64,000 nucleotides of DNA. Source: Archangium sp. (GTDB lineage Bacteria > Myxococcota > Myxococcia > Myxococcales > Myxococcaceae). A model generated the notes under the pieces. That model was not told the DNA's origin. It did no database searches and saw only the letters and a program-made list of their open reading frames with translations. The translations under genes and the position numbers were made by a program. Shown in pieces: positions 19,070-28,376 of the stretch (its first letter is position 1; the number at the start of each line of letters is the position of its first letter). The stretch spans positions 1,112-65,111 of the forward strand of contig JAUYRZ010000112.1 of NCBI GenBank assembly GCA_030695565.1. The letters run 5' to 3'.

Positions 19070-20614
19070 CTAGGGAGCGCTCCGCACAGAGTCAACGGGA
19101 TTATCCGAGAGCTTTTGCAGGCTTAGCGCTTCGACCTGGCTTCGGTAGTAGCGCTTATCGAGCGCCTCCCAGTCGATCACCACCTCGCCGCCCTTCGCGC
19201 GGTACTGCTCGGCCCAGCTCTGGAGCAGCTCGAGGATGGAGTGGTCGAGCGTCTCGAGCTTCTCGAAGCGCACGTGGATCTCTCTGTTTTCAGGGAGTTG
19301 TTCGAGCTGGTCGGACAGATCCGACAGGCGCAGGAAGGTCGCTGAGCCTTCGAGGTGGAGCGCGGTGCGGCGGCTGTGGGGATCGGCGTCGGCCCACACT
19401 TCGAGCTTCGACATGCGCAGCAGCAGCCGGATGACCGCCACGCTCAAGCCGAGGATGACGCCCTTCAAGAGATCGGTGGCGACGATCGCGGCCATCGTGA
19501 GCAGGTAGGTGGCCAGCTCTGCGTTGCCGTAGCGCTTGAGCTCTTTGACGCGCGCGGGGTTGATGAGCTTGTAGCCGGTGAACACGAGGATCGCGGCGAG
19601 GCTGCTGACGGGAATGAGTCGCAGCAGGCCGGGGAAGACGACGACCAGCAGGAGAATCCACGCGCCGTGCAGGATGGCGGCACGCCGGGTCTTCGCGCCC
19701 GCTTCGACGTTCGCCGTGGAGCGAACGATCACGCCGGTCATCGGCAGCGCGCCGAGCAGACCGCACACCATGTTGCCCACGCCCTGGGCGAGCAGCTCGC
19801 GGTTGTAGTTGGTGCGGGGGCCCTGGTGCATGCGGTCGACCGCGGTGGAGCACAAGAGCGTCTCTGCGCTGGCCACCACGGCGACACCGACGGCCGCGGC
19901 CCAGATGCCCGGCTGCAAAAGAAGACGCCAGATCTCGGTGGTGGGCAACGTGGCAGAGCCGATCAAGCTGTCGGGCACCTGCACGTAGCCGATGGGGAGC
20001 TTCAGCAGGTTCGCGAGCACCGAGGCCACGAGCACGCCGACGAGCGCGCTGGGCACGGCCTTCACCTTCTTCGGCGCAAACTTCATCCACAACACCACGA
20101 TGAGAATGGTGAGCACGCCGGTGAGCGCGGCTTCTCCGTGACCGTGACTGGCGTTGGGCACCACGGCCTTGGCGATCGCTTCGGGGATGCTGATCAAGTT
20201 CTGCCAGCCTGCGCCGCGCGGCTTGTCGTCGATCATCACGTGAAACTGGCTGGAGAAGATCAGCACCCCGATGCCGCCGAGCATGCCGTGGATCACCGAA
20301 GGAGGAACGGCGCGGAACCAGCGGCCGCCTTTCGCCAGACCAGCGACGATCTGCACGAAGCCGGCGACGAGCACGATGACGCCCAGCGTGGCCAGGCCGT
20401 GTTTCTGCACCAGCTCCCAGATGATCACCGAGAGGCCGGCGGCAGGCCCGCTCACCTGGAGCGGTGAGCCCTGGAGGAAGCCCACCACCAGGCCGCCGAT
20501 GATGCCGGTGATCAGGCCCGCGGCGGGCGGAAGGCCCGAGGCGATCGCCACCCCCATGCACAAGGGCAGGGCGACGAGGAACACCACGATCGACGCGAGG
20601 AAGTCAGCTCGCAC
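19070..20614 (-). CDS. SulP-family anion transporter with C-terminal STAS domain
   Basis: DFLASIVVFLVALPLCMGVAIASGLPP N-terminal SulP signature, about 11 TM segments, and a C-terminal STAS-like region. Confidence 0.85.
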   Translation of the reverse strand: MRADFLASIVVFLVALPLCMGVAIASGLPPAAGLITGIIGGLVVGFLQGSPLQVSGPAAGLSVIIWELVQKHGLATLGVIVLVAGFVQIVAGLAKGGRWFRAVPPSVIHGMLGGIGVLIFSSQFHVMIDDKPRGAGWQNLISIPEAIAKAVVPNASHGHGEAALTGVLTILIVVLWMKFAPKKVKAVPSALVGVLVASVLANLLKLPIGYVQVPDSLIGSATLPTTEIWRLLLQPGIWAAAVGVAVVASAETLLCSTAVDRMHQGPRTNYNRELLAQGVGNMVCGLLGALPMTGVIVRSTANVEAGAKTRRAAILHGAWILLLVVVFPGLLRLIPVSSLAAILVFTGYKLINPARVKELKRYGNAELATYLLTMAAIVATDLLKGVILGLSVAVIRLLLRMSKLEVWADADPHSRRTALHLEGSATFLRLSDLSDQLEQLPENREIHVRFEKLETLDHSILELLQSWAEQYRAKGGEVVIDWEALDKRYYRSQVEALSLQKLSDNPVDSVRSAP

Positions 20615-20771
20615 GGCGCACGCTCCGGGGCTGGAGCTGAATGATGTCGCCCGCGTTGCGCACGATGTCGAGATCGGCGGGGCGCTGCTCCAGCGCGAGG
20701 TGCTCGAAAAATTCGCGGCGTTCGGCGAACACGTGCGCTTGAAAGTCGTGGAGGCCGCGGCGCTTTTGCAT
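20604..20771 (-). CDS. Candidate 55-aa small protein overlapping the sulP start
   Basis: Not in the supplied track (under 60 aa). My own translation is MQKRRGLHDFQAHVFAERREFFEHLALEQRPADLDIVRNAGDIIQLQPRSVRRAS. G/C third-position bias is strong. Its TGA lies 11 nt inside sulP. Confidence 0.3.
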   Translation of the reverse strand: MQKRRGLHDFQAHVFAERREFFEHLALEQRPADLDIVRNAGDIIQLQPRSVRRAS

Positions 20772-20848
20772 CTCCTTTCGGTAAGGGCGTTTCGCCCGTC
20801 GGTCTGCTCGATGTTTCGCGGCGCCCGGCTGAAATCATGGGGTGCCTG

Positions 20849-22456
20849 TCAGTGAACGCCGACAACTTCTCCGGCTTCAGTCAGATCGAGCCCATGAGCG
20901 GCGGGTAGCTTGGGCAGGCCGGGCATGGTGAGGATCTCCCCGGTGAGCGCGAGCAGGAAACCGGCCCCCGCCGAGACGCGCACCTGCCTGACGGTGACCA
21001 CGAAGTCGGTGGGCGCGCCTGGCTTCGAGGGGTCGTCGCTCAGGGAGAGATGGGTCTTGGCCAGGCACACCGGGAGATCGCCGAAGCCCCACTTGCGCAG
21101 CCGCTCGATGTCCTTCTGCGCTTCGGCGGAGAGCTCCGCGCCTTTCGCGCCGTAGACCTTCTTGGCGACCTCGTTGACCTTCTGCTCGAAGGGCTCGTGC
21201 AGCTCGTAGCTGTAACGGGGCGAGGTGGCGGGCTGCGCGATCACCTTCTGCACCGCCGCGGCGATGGCCTCACTGCCAGCGCCGCCCTTCAGGTAGCCGT
21301 TGTTGCGCGCGATGGTCACGTCGTCGGCGTGCGCGAGGCGCTCCACCAGGGCGAGCTCTTCTTCGGAGTCCTGGGCGAAGACGTTGAGCGAGAGGATGGG
21401 CTCGATGCCGAAGCCACGGATCGAGTGGAGGTGGCGCTTCACGTTCGCGTAGCCGCGTTCGATCGAAGCGAGCCCGGCTTCGTCGCCGCCGTGAGCGCGC
21501 ATGGCCCGCGCGGTGACCACCAGCACGACCGCGGACGGCCACAAGCCCGACATGCGGCACTTGAGGTCGAGGAACTTTTCTCCACCGAGATCGAAGGCGA
21601 ACCCGGCTTCTGTGACCACCACGTCGGCGAGGGCCAGCGCGGCGCGGGTGGCCATCACGGAGTTGCAGCCGTGGGCGATGTTGGCGAACGGGCCGCCGTG
21701 CACCAGCGCAGGCACGCCTTCGGTGGTCTGGGCGAGGTTGGGCAACAGCGCGTCGCCCAGCAGCGCGGCCATGGCGCCGACCGCGTTCAAGTCGGCGGCG
21801 GTGACGGGCTTGTTGTCTTTGTCGATGCCGACGATGAGGCGGCCGAGGCGGTGCTTGAGATCCTTCACGCCGTCGGCGAGGCAGAGGGTGGCCATGATCT
21901 CGGAGGCGGCGGTGATGTCGAAGCCGTCTTCACGGGGAACGCCGTGCGCCGAGCCGCCGAGGCCGATGACGGTGTTGCGAAGGAAGCGATCGTTCATGTC
22001 GATGCAGCGCTTCCAGGTGACCTGCTTGAAGCGGCGCTGGTCGAAGTTGATCGCGTTGTCGACGAGGGCGGCGAGCAGGTTGTTGGCGGCGGTGATCGCG
22101 TGCAGGTCGCCGGTGCAGTGGAGGTTGATGCGGGCGCTCGGCTCGAGCGTCGCCTGGCCACCGCCGGTGCCGCCGCCTTTGGCTCCGAAGACCGGGCCCA
22201 GTGAGGGTTCACGCAGCGCGGCCATGGTCTTCACGCCGCGGCGGGCGAGGCCCTGCACGAGGCCGATGGAGGTGGTGGTCTTCCCCTCGCCGTATTTGGT
22301 CGGGGTCATCGCGCTGACGAGCACGAGCTTGCCCTTCGTTCCCTGTTCGCGGAGGCGGTTGAGCGTGGGCCAGGAGAGCTTGGCGAGCGGGCCGTACAGC
22401 TCGAGATCTTCAGCGGTGAGGCCGACCTTCTTCGCCACGTCGAGGATGGGGAGCAT
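20849..22456 (-). CDS. fhs: Formate-tetrahydrofolate ligase
   Basis: Start moved to the ATG at 22456 (MLPILDVAKKVGL...). FTHFS signatures PTKYGEGKTTTSIGL and VHGGPFANIAHGCNS. Confidence 0.9.
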   Translation of the reverse strand: MLPILDVAKKVGLTAEDLELYGPLAKLSWPTLNRLREQGTKGKLVLVSAMTPTKYGEGKTTTSIGLVQGLARRGVKTMAALREPSLGPVFGAKGGGTGGGQATLEPSARINLHCTGDLHAITAANNLLAALVDNAINFDQRRFKQVTWKRCIDMNDRFLRNTVIGLGGSAHGVPREDGFDITAASEIMATLCLADGVKDLKHRLGRLIVGIDKDNKPVTAADLNAVGAMAALLGDALLPNLAQTTEGVPALVHGGPFANIAHGCNSVMATRAALALADVVVTEAGFAFDLGGEKFLDLKCRMSGLWPSAVVLVVTARAMRAHGGDEAGLASIERGYANVKRHLHSIRGFGIEPILSLNVFAQDSEEELALVERLAHADDVTIARNNGYLKGGAGSEAIAAAVQKVIAQPATSPRYSYELHEPFEQKVNEVAKKVYGAKGAELSAEAQKDIERLRKWGFGDLPVCLAKTHLSLSDDPSKPGAPTDFVVTVRQVRVSAGAGFLLALTGEILTMPGLPKLPAAHGLDLTEAGEVVGVH

Positions 22457-22586
22457 TGGGGCCCTTGAGATAGTCCCGCGGCGGGCGTGGGTCCATGGCC
22501 CCTGCGGCTCGAGGGGTGGGTGGTTTTGTGTGGGCTTCGGCTTCGTGCGCCGCGTACGTGCGGAGTTGCGCAGGGGGTCACAAACC

Positions 22587-23141
22587 TCAATCCACCTTGA
22601 GGTCACCGGAAATCATGTCCATCGCGCAGGCGAAGTGAACCTTCCCGGGCTGCTTCGGGACGAAGGTCACTTCCACCGGCTTGGCGAGGGGCAGCGGGAC
22701 GGAGAGGCCGAACTCTTTCAGCACGATGTCGGTCGCACAGGTTCCTTCGACAGTGCGCGTGACGACCAGCGTTACCGGAGTGCCCGCTTTCAAGGAGGGA
22801 ACTTTCCCCACCACGAACCCCTCGTCGGTGACTGCGACTTCGACACGCACGGGGGCGGGCGCAGAGAACTTCACCAACGCTGCCGTGGGCGTCTTCGCAC
22901 CCGCCCTGAGGTGAACGACGACTCGAAGTCCGGGGGCGAGATCCGATGCAGTCGCTCCCTTGCCGCCATTCTCGAAGCGCGTCTCTTTGTCGAAGCTGAC
23001 CACCTCAGGCTCCTTCTTTTCGGTCGTGACTGCCACCTGCGTGCCGTCAGCACTCGCGACGACGCCCTTGAGGTGGCCTGCGCCGTGCGCGAAGCCGACG
23101 GTGGAAAGGAGGACGCTGAGGGTGATGAGAGTTCTATTCAT
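22587..23141 (-). CDS. Periplasmic cupredoxin-like (Cupredoxin_1-type) metal-binding protein
   Basis: ATG at 23141 gives signal peptide MNRTLITLSVLLSTVGFAHG. The C-terminal domain ends KPGKVHFACAMDMISGDLKV, as in cupredoxin-like domains found in copper loci. Confidence 0.6.
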   Translation of the reverse strand: MNRTLITLSVLLSTVGFAHGAGHLKGVVASADGTQVAVTTEKKEPEVVSFDKETRFENGGKGATASDLAPGLRVVVHLRAGAKTPTAALVKFSAPAPVRVEVAVTDEGFVVGKVPSLKAGTPVTLVVTRTVEGTCATDIVLKEFGLSVPLPLAKPVEVTFVPKQPGKVHFACAMDMISGDLKVD

Positions 23142-23784
23142 GACGATGCTCCGGAGGATTGGTGATGGGTGAGGGGGATGAAGGTGACGGGGGTTCGCCG
23201 CGGAGGAACTCGTCCTCTTCCAGCTCTTCGCGCAGCTCATGGGGTGTGCGAGGCAGATGGGCGCGGATCTCCGCGAGCTCGCTCTCGGTCAAATCCGGCA
23301 GGGTGCGGATGAATGCGACGAGTCCCCAACTCTCGAGATCGTCGTCGCCCGGTTCTCCCCAGGCAGGCATGCCCGTCAGCCGGATTCCATTCTTGATGGC
23401 TGAGTAGAGTTCACCGTCGCTCTGCCGCTGCGTCGAGGTTGCCCGCATGTCGGGTGCTCGGGGGTAGAGCCGCTGACCCATCGCCGTATCGCCCGCCCCC
23501 CCCACCCCATGACAGGTGGCGCAGTGTGAGGCCCAGTGCATGCGCGCTTCCTGAAGCAATTCAGGAGATATCGGAGGGGCTCGCAGCTTCTTCGCCTCAC
23601 TCGTCACTGCCATTCTTCGAGCGGTCTGGGCGGCGAAGGCTTCAATCCAGCTGGGCTCGTCCCGCGTGGAGAAGCCACCTCGAATCATCAACAGGGCAGC
23701 CCCGGCTCCGCCGATGGCCAGCACAACGCTGGCGGCACCGATGAACGCGAGGACGCGCTGGCTCCTGGGGTTTTCCATGCTCAC
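23134..23784 (-). CDS. Membrane-anchored class I c-type cytochrome
   Basis: N-terminal TM helix, a single heme motif CATCHG, and downstream MPAWG (Met ligand context). The stop overlaps the next start by 8 nt. Confidence 0.75.
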   Translation of the reverse strand: MSMENPRSQRVLAFIGAASVVLAIGGAGAALLMIRGGFSTRDEPSWIEAFAAQTARRMAVTSEAKKLRAPPISPELLQEARMHWASHCATCHGVGGAGDTAMGQRLYPRAPDMRATSTQRQSDGELYSAIKNGIRLTGMPAWGEPGDDDLESWGLVAFIRTLPDLTESELAEIRAHLPRTPHELREELEEDEFLRGEPPSPSSPSPITNPPEHRHE

Positions 23785-23845
23785 CTCTCTGCGCGAGACC
23801 GTTCCTGCGTGACACCCTCGACGTATCGCTTCGCGATGGGCCTCG

Positions 23846-24238
23846 TCACGAGCCGGCCGCCTGGTACGAGGAGAAGTTCGCTTCGTTCTCGAAGTAGACC
23901 ACCGCGCCCGCCTGATCCTGCGCGATGACGGCGCTCGACTTGTCCACCTCGCGGCCCGAGAAAGGGTCGATGGCCATGCGAGCTGCTCGATCTTGCGCGA
24001 GGCGCGACTTGCACATCGCGCAGCACCCGAAATAGGTGCGCCCCTCGACCTCGACGGGGATCTGCGGGCGGCCCATGAACTGATTGTTCACCATGCAGAC
24101 CTGATCCGCCTTGTCGACCAGCCTGAGCTGACGGGTCTTCGAAGACGAGACCACCGGGGGCGGCGCCGGTGTTCGCTCACAGGCGACCGCGAGCGAGGCG
24201 AAGAGAAAGAGACTGACGGCGGCGCGCTGAACGTTCAT
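23846..24238 (-). CDS. TRASH/YHS-like metal-binding lipoprotein
   Basis: ATG at 24238. Lipobox LFASLAVAC. Cys pattern C-x22-CC-x2-C (DQVCMVNN...YFGCCAMCKSRL), typical of TRASH/YHS metal-binding domains. Confidence 0.65.
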   Translation of the reverse strand: MNVQRAAVSLFLFASLAVACERTPAPPPVVSSSKTRQLRLVDKADQVCMVNNQFMGRPQIPVEVEGRTYFGCCAMCKSRLAQDRAARMAIDPFSGREVDKSSAVIAQDQAGAVVYFENEANFSSYQAAGS

Positions 24239-24245
24239 GCCGCTG

Positions 24246-24272
24246 ATAGCCGCGGCACCGCTGAGGCGTGAC
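24246..24272 (-). promoter_or_regulatory. Near-consensus second-ECF-type promoter (GTCACG-N16-GCTAT, one mismatch) 7 nt upstream of the TRASH lipoprotein ATG
   Basis: Minus strand reads GTCAC gcctcagcggtgccgcg GCTAT cagcggc ATG. It differs from the six exact sites only at the first base of the -10-like box. Confidence 0.35.
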
Positions 24273-24331
24273 TCACTTTCGGGGCTTACTCGGAACATGG
24301 CGGAACTCGTCGGAAGGGGTGATGCCCCCAA

Positions 24332-24357
24332 GACGCAGCGCCGCAGGGCCGCTTACA
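24332..24357 (-). promoter_or_regulatory. CorE-type ECF promoter candidate (TGTAAG-N16-CGTC) for the TRASH-cytochrome c-cupredoxin operon
   Basis: Minus strand reads cggTGTAAGcggccctgcggcgctgCGTCttgg. One of five sites sharing the same boxes and an identical 16-nt spacer. Confidence 0.55.
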
Positions 24358-24366
24358 CCGAAGTGT

Positions 24367-24963
24367 TCAGGCGCAGCCCCCGCCGGGCTGACCGCAGGTG
24401 CAGTCGAGACAGCCGTGACTCGCGCACGTGCCGCAACTCCGCTCGAGGCGCTGCTTGAGCGCCTGGCGAGCGCGGTGCAGCCGAACCGTTGCGTTGTTCG
24501 GGGTAATCGACAGAGAAGACGCCACCTCCGACAACGGGGTCTCCTGAAGATCGACCCTGACGATCATCTCGGCGTACTCAGGCTTCAACGTTGGCAGCAG
24601 GCGGGTCATGCAGGCGCACACGGCGTCTTTGAGCTCGAGCTCGAAACCTTCGAAAGTTTCCCGGGCATGGGCCTCGACGGCGCGGGCCTCGGTGGCGCCT
24701 CGGCGGTAGTGGTCGATCAGCGCGTTGCGCAGCAGCCGGTAGAACCAGGCCACCGCACTCTCATCGGCCTCGATGGTGGCGCTCTTCTCGACCGCGCGAA
24801 CGAACGCCGTCTGCAGCAGCTCCTCGGCGACCGCGCGGCTCGAGACGCGGGCCTCGAGAAACGACAGAAACTGGCGGTGATTGGAGACCAGCCGCTCGAC
24901 CACACCTTCCGTCATCGGCAGGAGCGCATCGTTCGTGGTTGCCATGAGCGAGTTGAGTAGCAC
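24367..24963 (-). CDS. corE: CorE-like ECF sigma factor with C-terminal Cys-rich domain
   Basis: Sigma-70 region 2 (AWFYRLLRNALIDHYRR) and region 4 (LSEVASSLSITPNNATVRLHRARQALK). A CxC (AVCAC) sits in the linker. The C-terminal tail CGTCASHGCLDCTCGQPGGGCA has 7 Cys. No adjacent anti-sigma gene. The gene lies inside a copper locus, as described for Myxococcus xanthus CorE. Confidence 0.75.
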   Translation of the reverse strand: MLLNSLMATTNDALLPMTEGVVERLVSNHRQFLSFLEARVSSRAVAEELLQTAFVRAVEKSATIEADESAVAWFYRLLRNALIDHYRRGATEARAVEAHARETFEGFELELKDAVCACMTRLLPTLKPEYAEMIVRVDLQETPLSEVASSLSITPNNATVRLHRARQALKQRLERSCGTCASHGCLDCTCGQPGGGCA

Positions 24964-24967
24964 GGGC

Positions 24968-25606
24968 TCACCCCTTGATCGAGGTGAGGAGGCTCACGCC
25001 ACCCTCAACGATGAACTGAAGGGACATCGCGCCGAGCACCAGCCCCAGGACGCGCTGAACCGCCGCCATCACCGAGGGGCCGACAGCGCCCGAAATCGCC
25101 GAAGCGCTGCGGAGCACCACGAAGGAGACGACGAAGGTGATCGCGACCGCGACGAGGACGGCACAGACCTGGCTCGGGCCCGTCGCGCGCGACATCAGCA
25201 TCATCACCGCGGCCATCGCCCCGGGACCGGAGAGCAGCGGAATCGCCAGCGGCACCACGGCGATGTCGTCTTTCGCCTTCGCATCGTCGAGCTCTTCCTT
25301 GCTGCAACGGCAGGCCGCCTGCTTCGCCCTGAGCATGTCGAGCGCGGTGAGGAGCAGCAGGAGCCCGCCCGCCATCCGGAAGGCGTCGATGCTGATCCCG
25401 AGCAGGTCCAGGAGGAACCTGCCTCCGATGGCGAAGAGAAAAAGGACCGCGGCGCCCACCACGCTGGCTCGGAGTGCGATGCGCCGCATCTCTGCTGCCG
25501 TGCGCCCGGCCGTCATCGACGCAAAGGCGGGCACCACGCCCAGGGGCTCGACGATGACGAAGATCGTCGAGAGGGCCGCTACGAAGAAGCTCCAGGTTTC
25601 ACTCAT
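24968..25606 (-). CDS. MarC-family (UPF0056) integral membrane protein
   Basis: 212 aa, 6 TM segments, N-terminal FVIVEPLGVVPAF motif typical of the MarC family. It lies 4 nt upstream of the sigma gene. Confidence 0.75.
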   Translation of the reverse strand: MSETWSFFVAALSTIFVIVEPLGVVPAFASMTAGRTAAEMRRIALRASVVGAAVLFLFAIGGRFLLDLLGISIDAFRMAGGLLLLLTALDMLRAKQAACRCSKEELDDAKAKDDIAVVPLAIPLLSGPGAMAAVMMLMSRATGPSQVCAVLVAVAITFVVSFVVLRSASAISGAVGPSVMAAVQRVLGLVLGAMSLQFIVEGGVSLLTSIKG

Positions 25607-25640
25607 GTCTCGTCTCCCGATGGTGTCGAACGGACACGCT

Positions 25641-25666
25641 GACGGGGGGCGAGCTGGAGCCTTACA
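25641..25666 (-). promoter_or_regulatory. CorE-type ECF promoter candidate (TGTAAG-N16-CGTC) upstream of marC-corE
   Basis: Minus strand reads cgcTGTAAGgctccagctcgcccccCGTCagcg. It lies about 35 nt upstream of the marC ATG, the position expected for autoregulation of the sigma gene. Confidence 0.55.
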
Positions 25667-25690
25667 GCGCGAGGGCGCCGCTTCCTGGGG

Positions 25691-26974
25691 TCAGCTCTGT
25701 CTCTCGGGATCGATGCCGTCGGCAGTCAGCCGCTCCTGAGAGGCGGGCTCGGCCACCGTGCCCTTCGGATGCTGGTACCAGCCCGTGCCGTCTTCCTGGT
25801 CGGGGCGCGCGCGCACCTTGAGCACCGTGAACATGCCGCCCATGTCGATGGACGCGAACGGCCCCTTGCCGCCCATCATGGGGATCGAGTTCGTCGGCAT
25901 CTTCATTTCCATCTGGGACATGGCGCCCATGCCGTCGTGGCCCATCGTCATGTAGCTGGGCACCAGCGCTTGAACGCGACGGTCGATTCGACGTGCGTCT
26001 GCGCCGATCATCACGGGGAAGCCGTGGCCCATCTGGTTCATCACGTGGTGGGTCATGTGGCAGTGCATCGCCCAGTCGCCAGCCTCTCTGGGAACGAACT
26101 CGAACACGCGAACAGCGCCCACCGGCACGAGGAAGGTGGTCTCGGGGTGGCGAGCCGACTGCGGCACTTCGCCTCCGTCAGTCCAGGTCAGCTCGGCGCT
26201 GAGGCCGTGGAGATGAATCGGGTGGTGATCCATCGGCGAGAGGTTCCCGATGCGGATCCGCACGCGCTCTCCGACCCCCATCACCAACGGTGCGGTCGCC
26301 GGAAATGCCTTCGAGTTGAAGGTGAGGACGTTGAAGTCCTGCATTGCGTTCGGGTCAGGCCGGGCCGCGCCCGGGTGAATGAGCCACTCGTGCGCCATCA
26401 AGGCGAAGTCGCGATCGACGCGGGGCCCGCGGGGCACTTTGGGGTGCACCACGATCATCCCGTTCATGCCCAGGGCCATCTGGGTCATCTCGTCGAAGTG
26501 CGGGTGGTACATGAACGTGCCCGCGTCTTTGAACGTGAACTCGTAGAGGAACGTCTCCCCCGGCTCGATCGGCTTCTGGGTGAGGCCCGAGACACCATCC
26601 ATCCCGTTGGGAAGAATGACGCCGTGCCAGTGCATCGTGGTCGCTTCGGGAAGGCGGTTCGTGACGTAGAGCCGCACCCGATCGCCCTGCGTCACTTCGA
26701 TGGTCGGGCCCGGCGTCGAGCCGTTGTACCCCCACGCTTTGATCTTCAACCCTGGCGCGAGCTCATGATCGAACTCGTGAGCCACCAGTTGGCCCACCTT
26801 GACTCCGCCTACCAACTTGAGGGGAAGCGTCGAGCCGTTGGGGGTGATCACTCCCTTTTGGCCACCGGGAGCCACCACCACTGAAGGCGCCGCAACGGTC
26901 TTGGCGAACACATCCTTCGCTCCCAACGCACCGCCTGCGACCATGCCCAGCTGCAACAATTCACGACGGTTCAT
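25691..26974 (-). CDS. Tat-exported three-domain multicopper oxidase with Met-rich region
   Basis: ATG at 26974 gives a Tat-like signal, MNRRELLQLGMVAGGALGA. Copper ligand motifs HWHG, YHPH, HPIHLHG, HCHMTHH. Met-rich segment MTMGHDGMGAMSQMEMKMP...MMGG. Confidence 0.85.
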   Translation of the reverse strand: MNRRELLQLGMVAGGALGAKDVFAKTVAAPSVVVAPGGQKGVITPNGSTLPLKLVGGVKVGQLVAHEFDHELAPGLKIKAWGYNGSTPGPTIEVTQGDRVRLYVTNRLPEATTMHWHGVILPNGMDGVSGLTQKPIEPGETFLYEFTFKDAGTFMYHPHFDEMTQMALGMNGMIVVHPKVPRGPRVDRDFALMAHEWLIHPGAARPDPNAMQDFNVLTFNSKAFPATAPLVMGVGERVRIRIGNLSPMDHHPIHLHGLSAELTWTDGGEVPQSARHPETTFLVPVGAVRVFEFVPREAGDWAMHCHMTHHVMNQMGHGFPVMIGADARRIDRRVQALVPSYMTMGHDGMGAMSQMEMKMPTNSIPMMGGKGPFASIDMGGMFTVLKVRARPDQEDGTGWYQHPKGTVAEPASQERLTADGIDPERQS

Positions 26975-26975
26975 T

Positions 26976-28376
26976 TCAATGTCCTCCTGAAGAGTCGACA
27001 GCCATGGAGTTGCTGCCTGGCACTGCGCCCAGCACCAGCGGGGTCGAGCGACCGGCAAGCAGCAGCTCCAGAGCCGCACGTGCCTTCCACGCATCGAGCG
27101 TCGCGTCGACCTGCGAGATGGCCGCCTCCGTCACTTCGCGCTGCGCGGAGAGCACCTGAAACACGCCCACCTGCATGGCGTTGTACTGCAGCACCGTCTG
27201 CTCCAACTGTTGTTGGCGGGCGGGTACCAGGCGCTCTGCGTAGTGGCGCGCGCGGCGGCCTGCCGACTCCACCCGGTTGAGCGTCATGCGTACGGCGGAG
27301 CGCACCTGCAGCGCTTGCCCTTCTGCCCGCGCCCTGAGCCCGTCGTACTCGCTGCGCGCCGACAACTGCCGTCCCTGAGCGCGATCGAAGATGGGCAAAC
27401 CAACGGTGACGTGGCCGCCGAGCTCCCAGAGGTTCGCGTCGCGTTCACCGTGAAAGCCCGCGGAGAGGTGCGGTAGCCAGGCTTCGGTCTTCGCCATGCC
27501 GACCTTGCGGCTCGCCGCTTCGGCGCGGCTGAACAGCTCTGCGAGCTCCAGACTGGCCTCGATGGCCTTCGCTTCGACCGCGTCGCCGGTGGGGACCTCT
27601 TTGGGCACCGGCAACTGATCCGCGAAGGTCCACCGGGTGCGCGAGCCGGTGAGGCCCAACTTTCGGGTGAGGGCTTCGCGCCCATCGAGCAGCGCGTTCT
27701 CTGCCTCGGCGACTTGAACGCGCGACAGCTCGACTGCCGCCAGCTCATTTGCCAGTGCAAGCGCAGGCAGGTTTCCGACCCGGGAGAGCTCGAGCGCCGT
27801 CTCGTAGGAGGCCTGCTGCGAGGCGAAGGCCCGCAGTCGCAGGTCGAGCTTCTGCTGGAGCGCTTGCGCCTCGTAATAGGCAACGCGAGTCGACCAGGTG
27901 AGGTCGAGCAGGGCGCCCGCTGCTTTCCAGCGCTCCGCATCGAGCGCGGCCGAGGCAACCCCCGCGCGCAGCGGCGCAAGGAAGGTCGCGGTGAGGTTGA
28001 GCTCGAGACCAATGTCGATCTGAATCGGTTGTTGGTCCCCACCGGGGTCTCTCAGCTCGAACTCCACTTCGGGGTTGGGCACGAGGCCCGCCTGCATGAA
28101 CTGACCGCGGGCGATGCCGATCTCCGCAAGCGAGGCTCTGGCCTCACGGTTGTTGATCAGCGCCAGGCGCACTGCTGCATCGGCGGTGAGCGGCTGCTCG
28201 AGAAGTCGGTCGACCTCTTCGGGTACTGCCTCGGGGGTCTCGAGGCGAGGAAGGTCGAACTCAGCGACGGCGGCCCTTGCGGTGACCGTGCGACGAATCG
28301 AGGCCAGGTCTTCGTTCAGGCCAGTGGTGGCGCAGCCCGCCGCCAGGAGCGCAATGAGGATCGTGGGCTTCATCAT
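26976..28376 (-). CDS. TolC-family outer-membrane efflux lipoprotein (orphan OMF)
   Basis: ATG at 28376/28373. Lipobox LLAAGC. Two OEP-type helical repeat halves. No RND or MFP gene in the same operon. Confidence 0.8.
   Translation of the reverse strand: MMKPTILIALLAAGCATTGLNEDLASIRRTVTARAAVAEFDLPRLETPEAVPEEVDRLLEQPLTADAAVRLALINNREARASLAEIGIARGQFMQAGLVPNPEVEFELRDPGGDQQPIQIDIGLELNLTATFLAPLRAGVASAALDAERWKAAGALLDLTWSTRVAYYEAQALQQKLDLRLRAFASQQASYETALELSRVGNLPALALANELAAVELSRVQVAEAENALLDGREALTRKLGLTGSRTRWTFADQLPVPKEVPTGDAVEAKAIEASLELAELFSRAEAASRKVGMAKTEAWLPHLSAGFHGERDANLWELGGHVTVGLPIFDRAQGRQLSARSEYDGLRARAEGQALQVRSAVRMTLNRVESAGRRARHYAERLVPARQQQLEQTVLQYNAMQVGVFQVLSAQREVTEAAISQVDATLDAWKARAALELLLAGRSTPLVLGAVPGSNSMAVDSSGGH

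Noticed and set aside
22457-22586. Looked for a ZTP (pfl) or folate-type riboswitch in the 130-nt leader upstream of fhs.
   Set aside because: The conserved ZTP core elements (ACUGGCG ... CCGCCUGGGC pseudoknot partner) could not be found on the minus strand. Only weak 4-bp hairpins are present.
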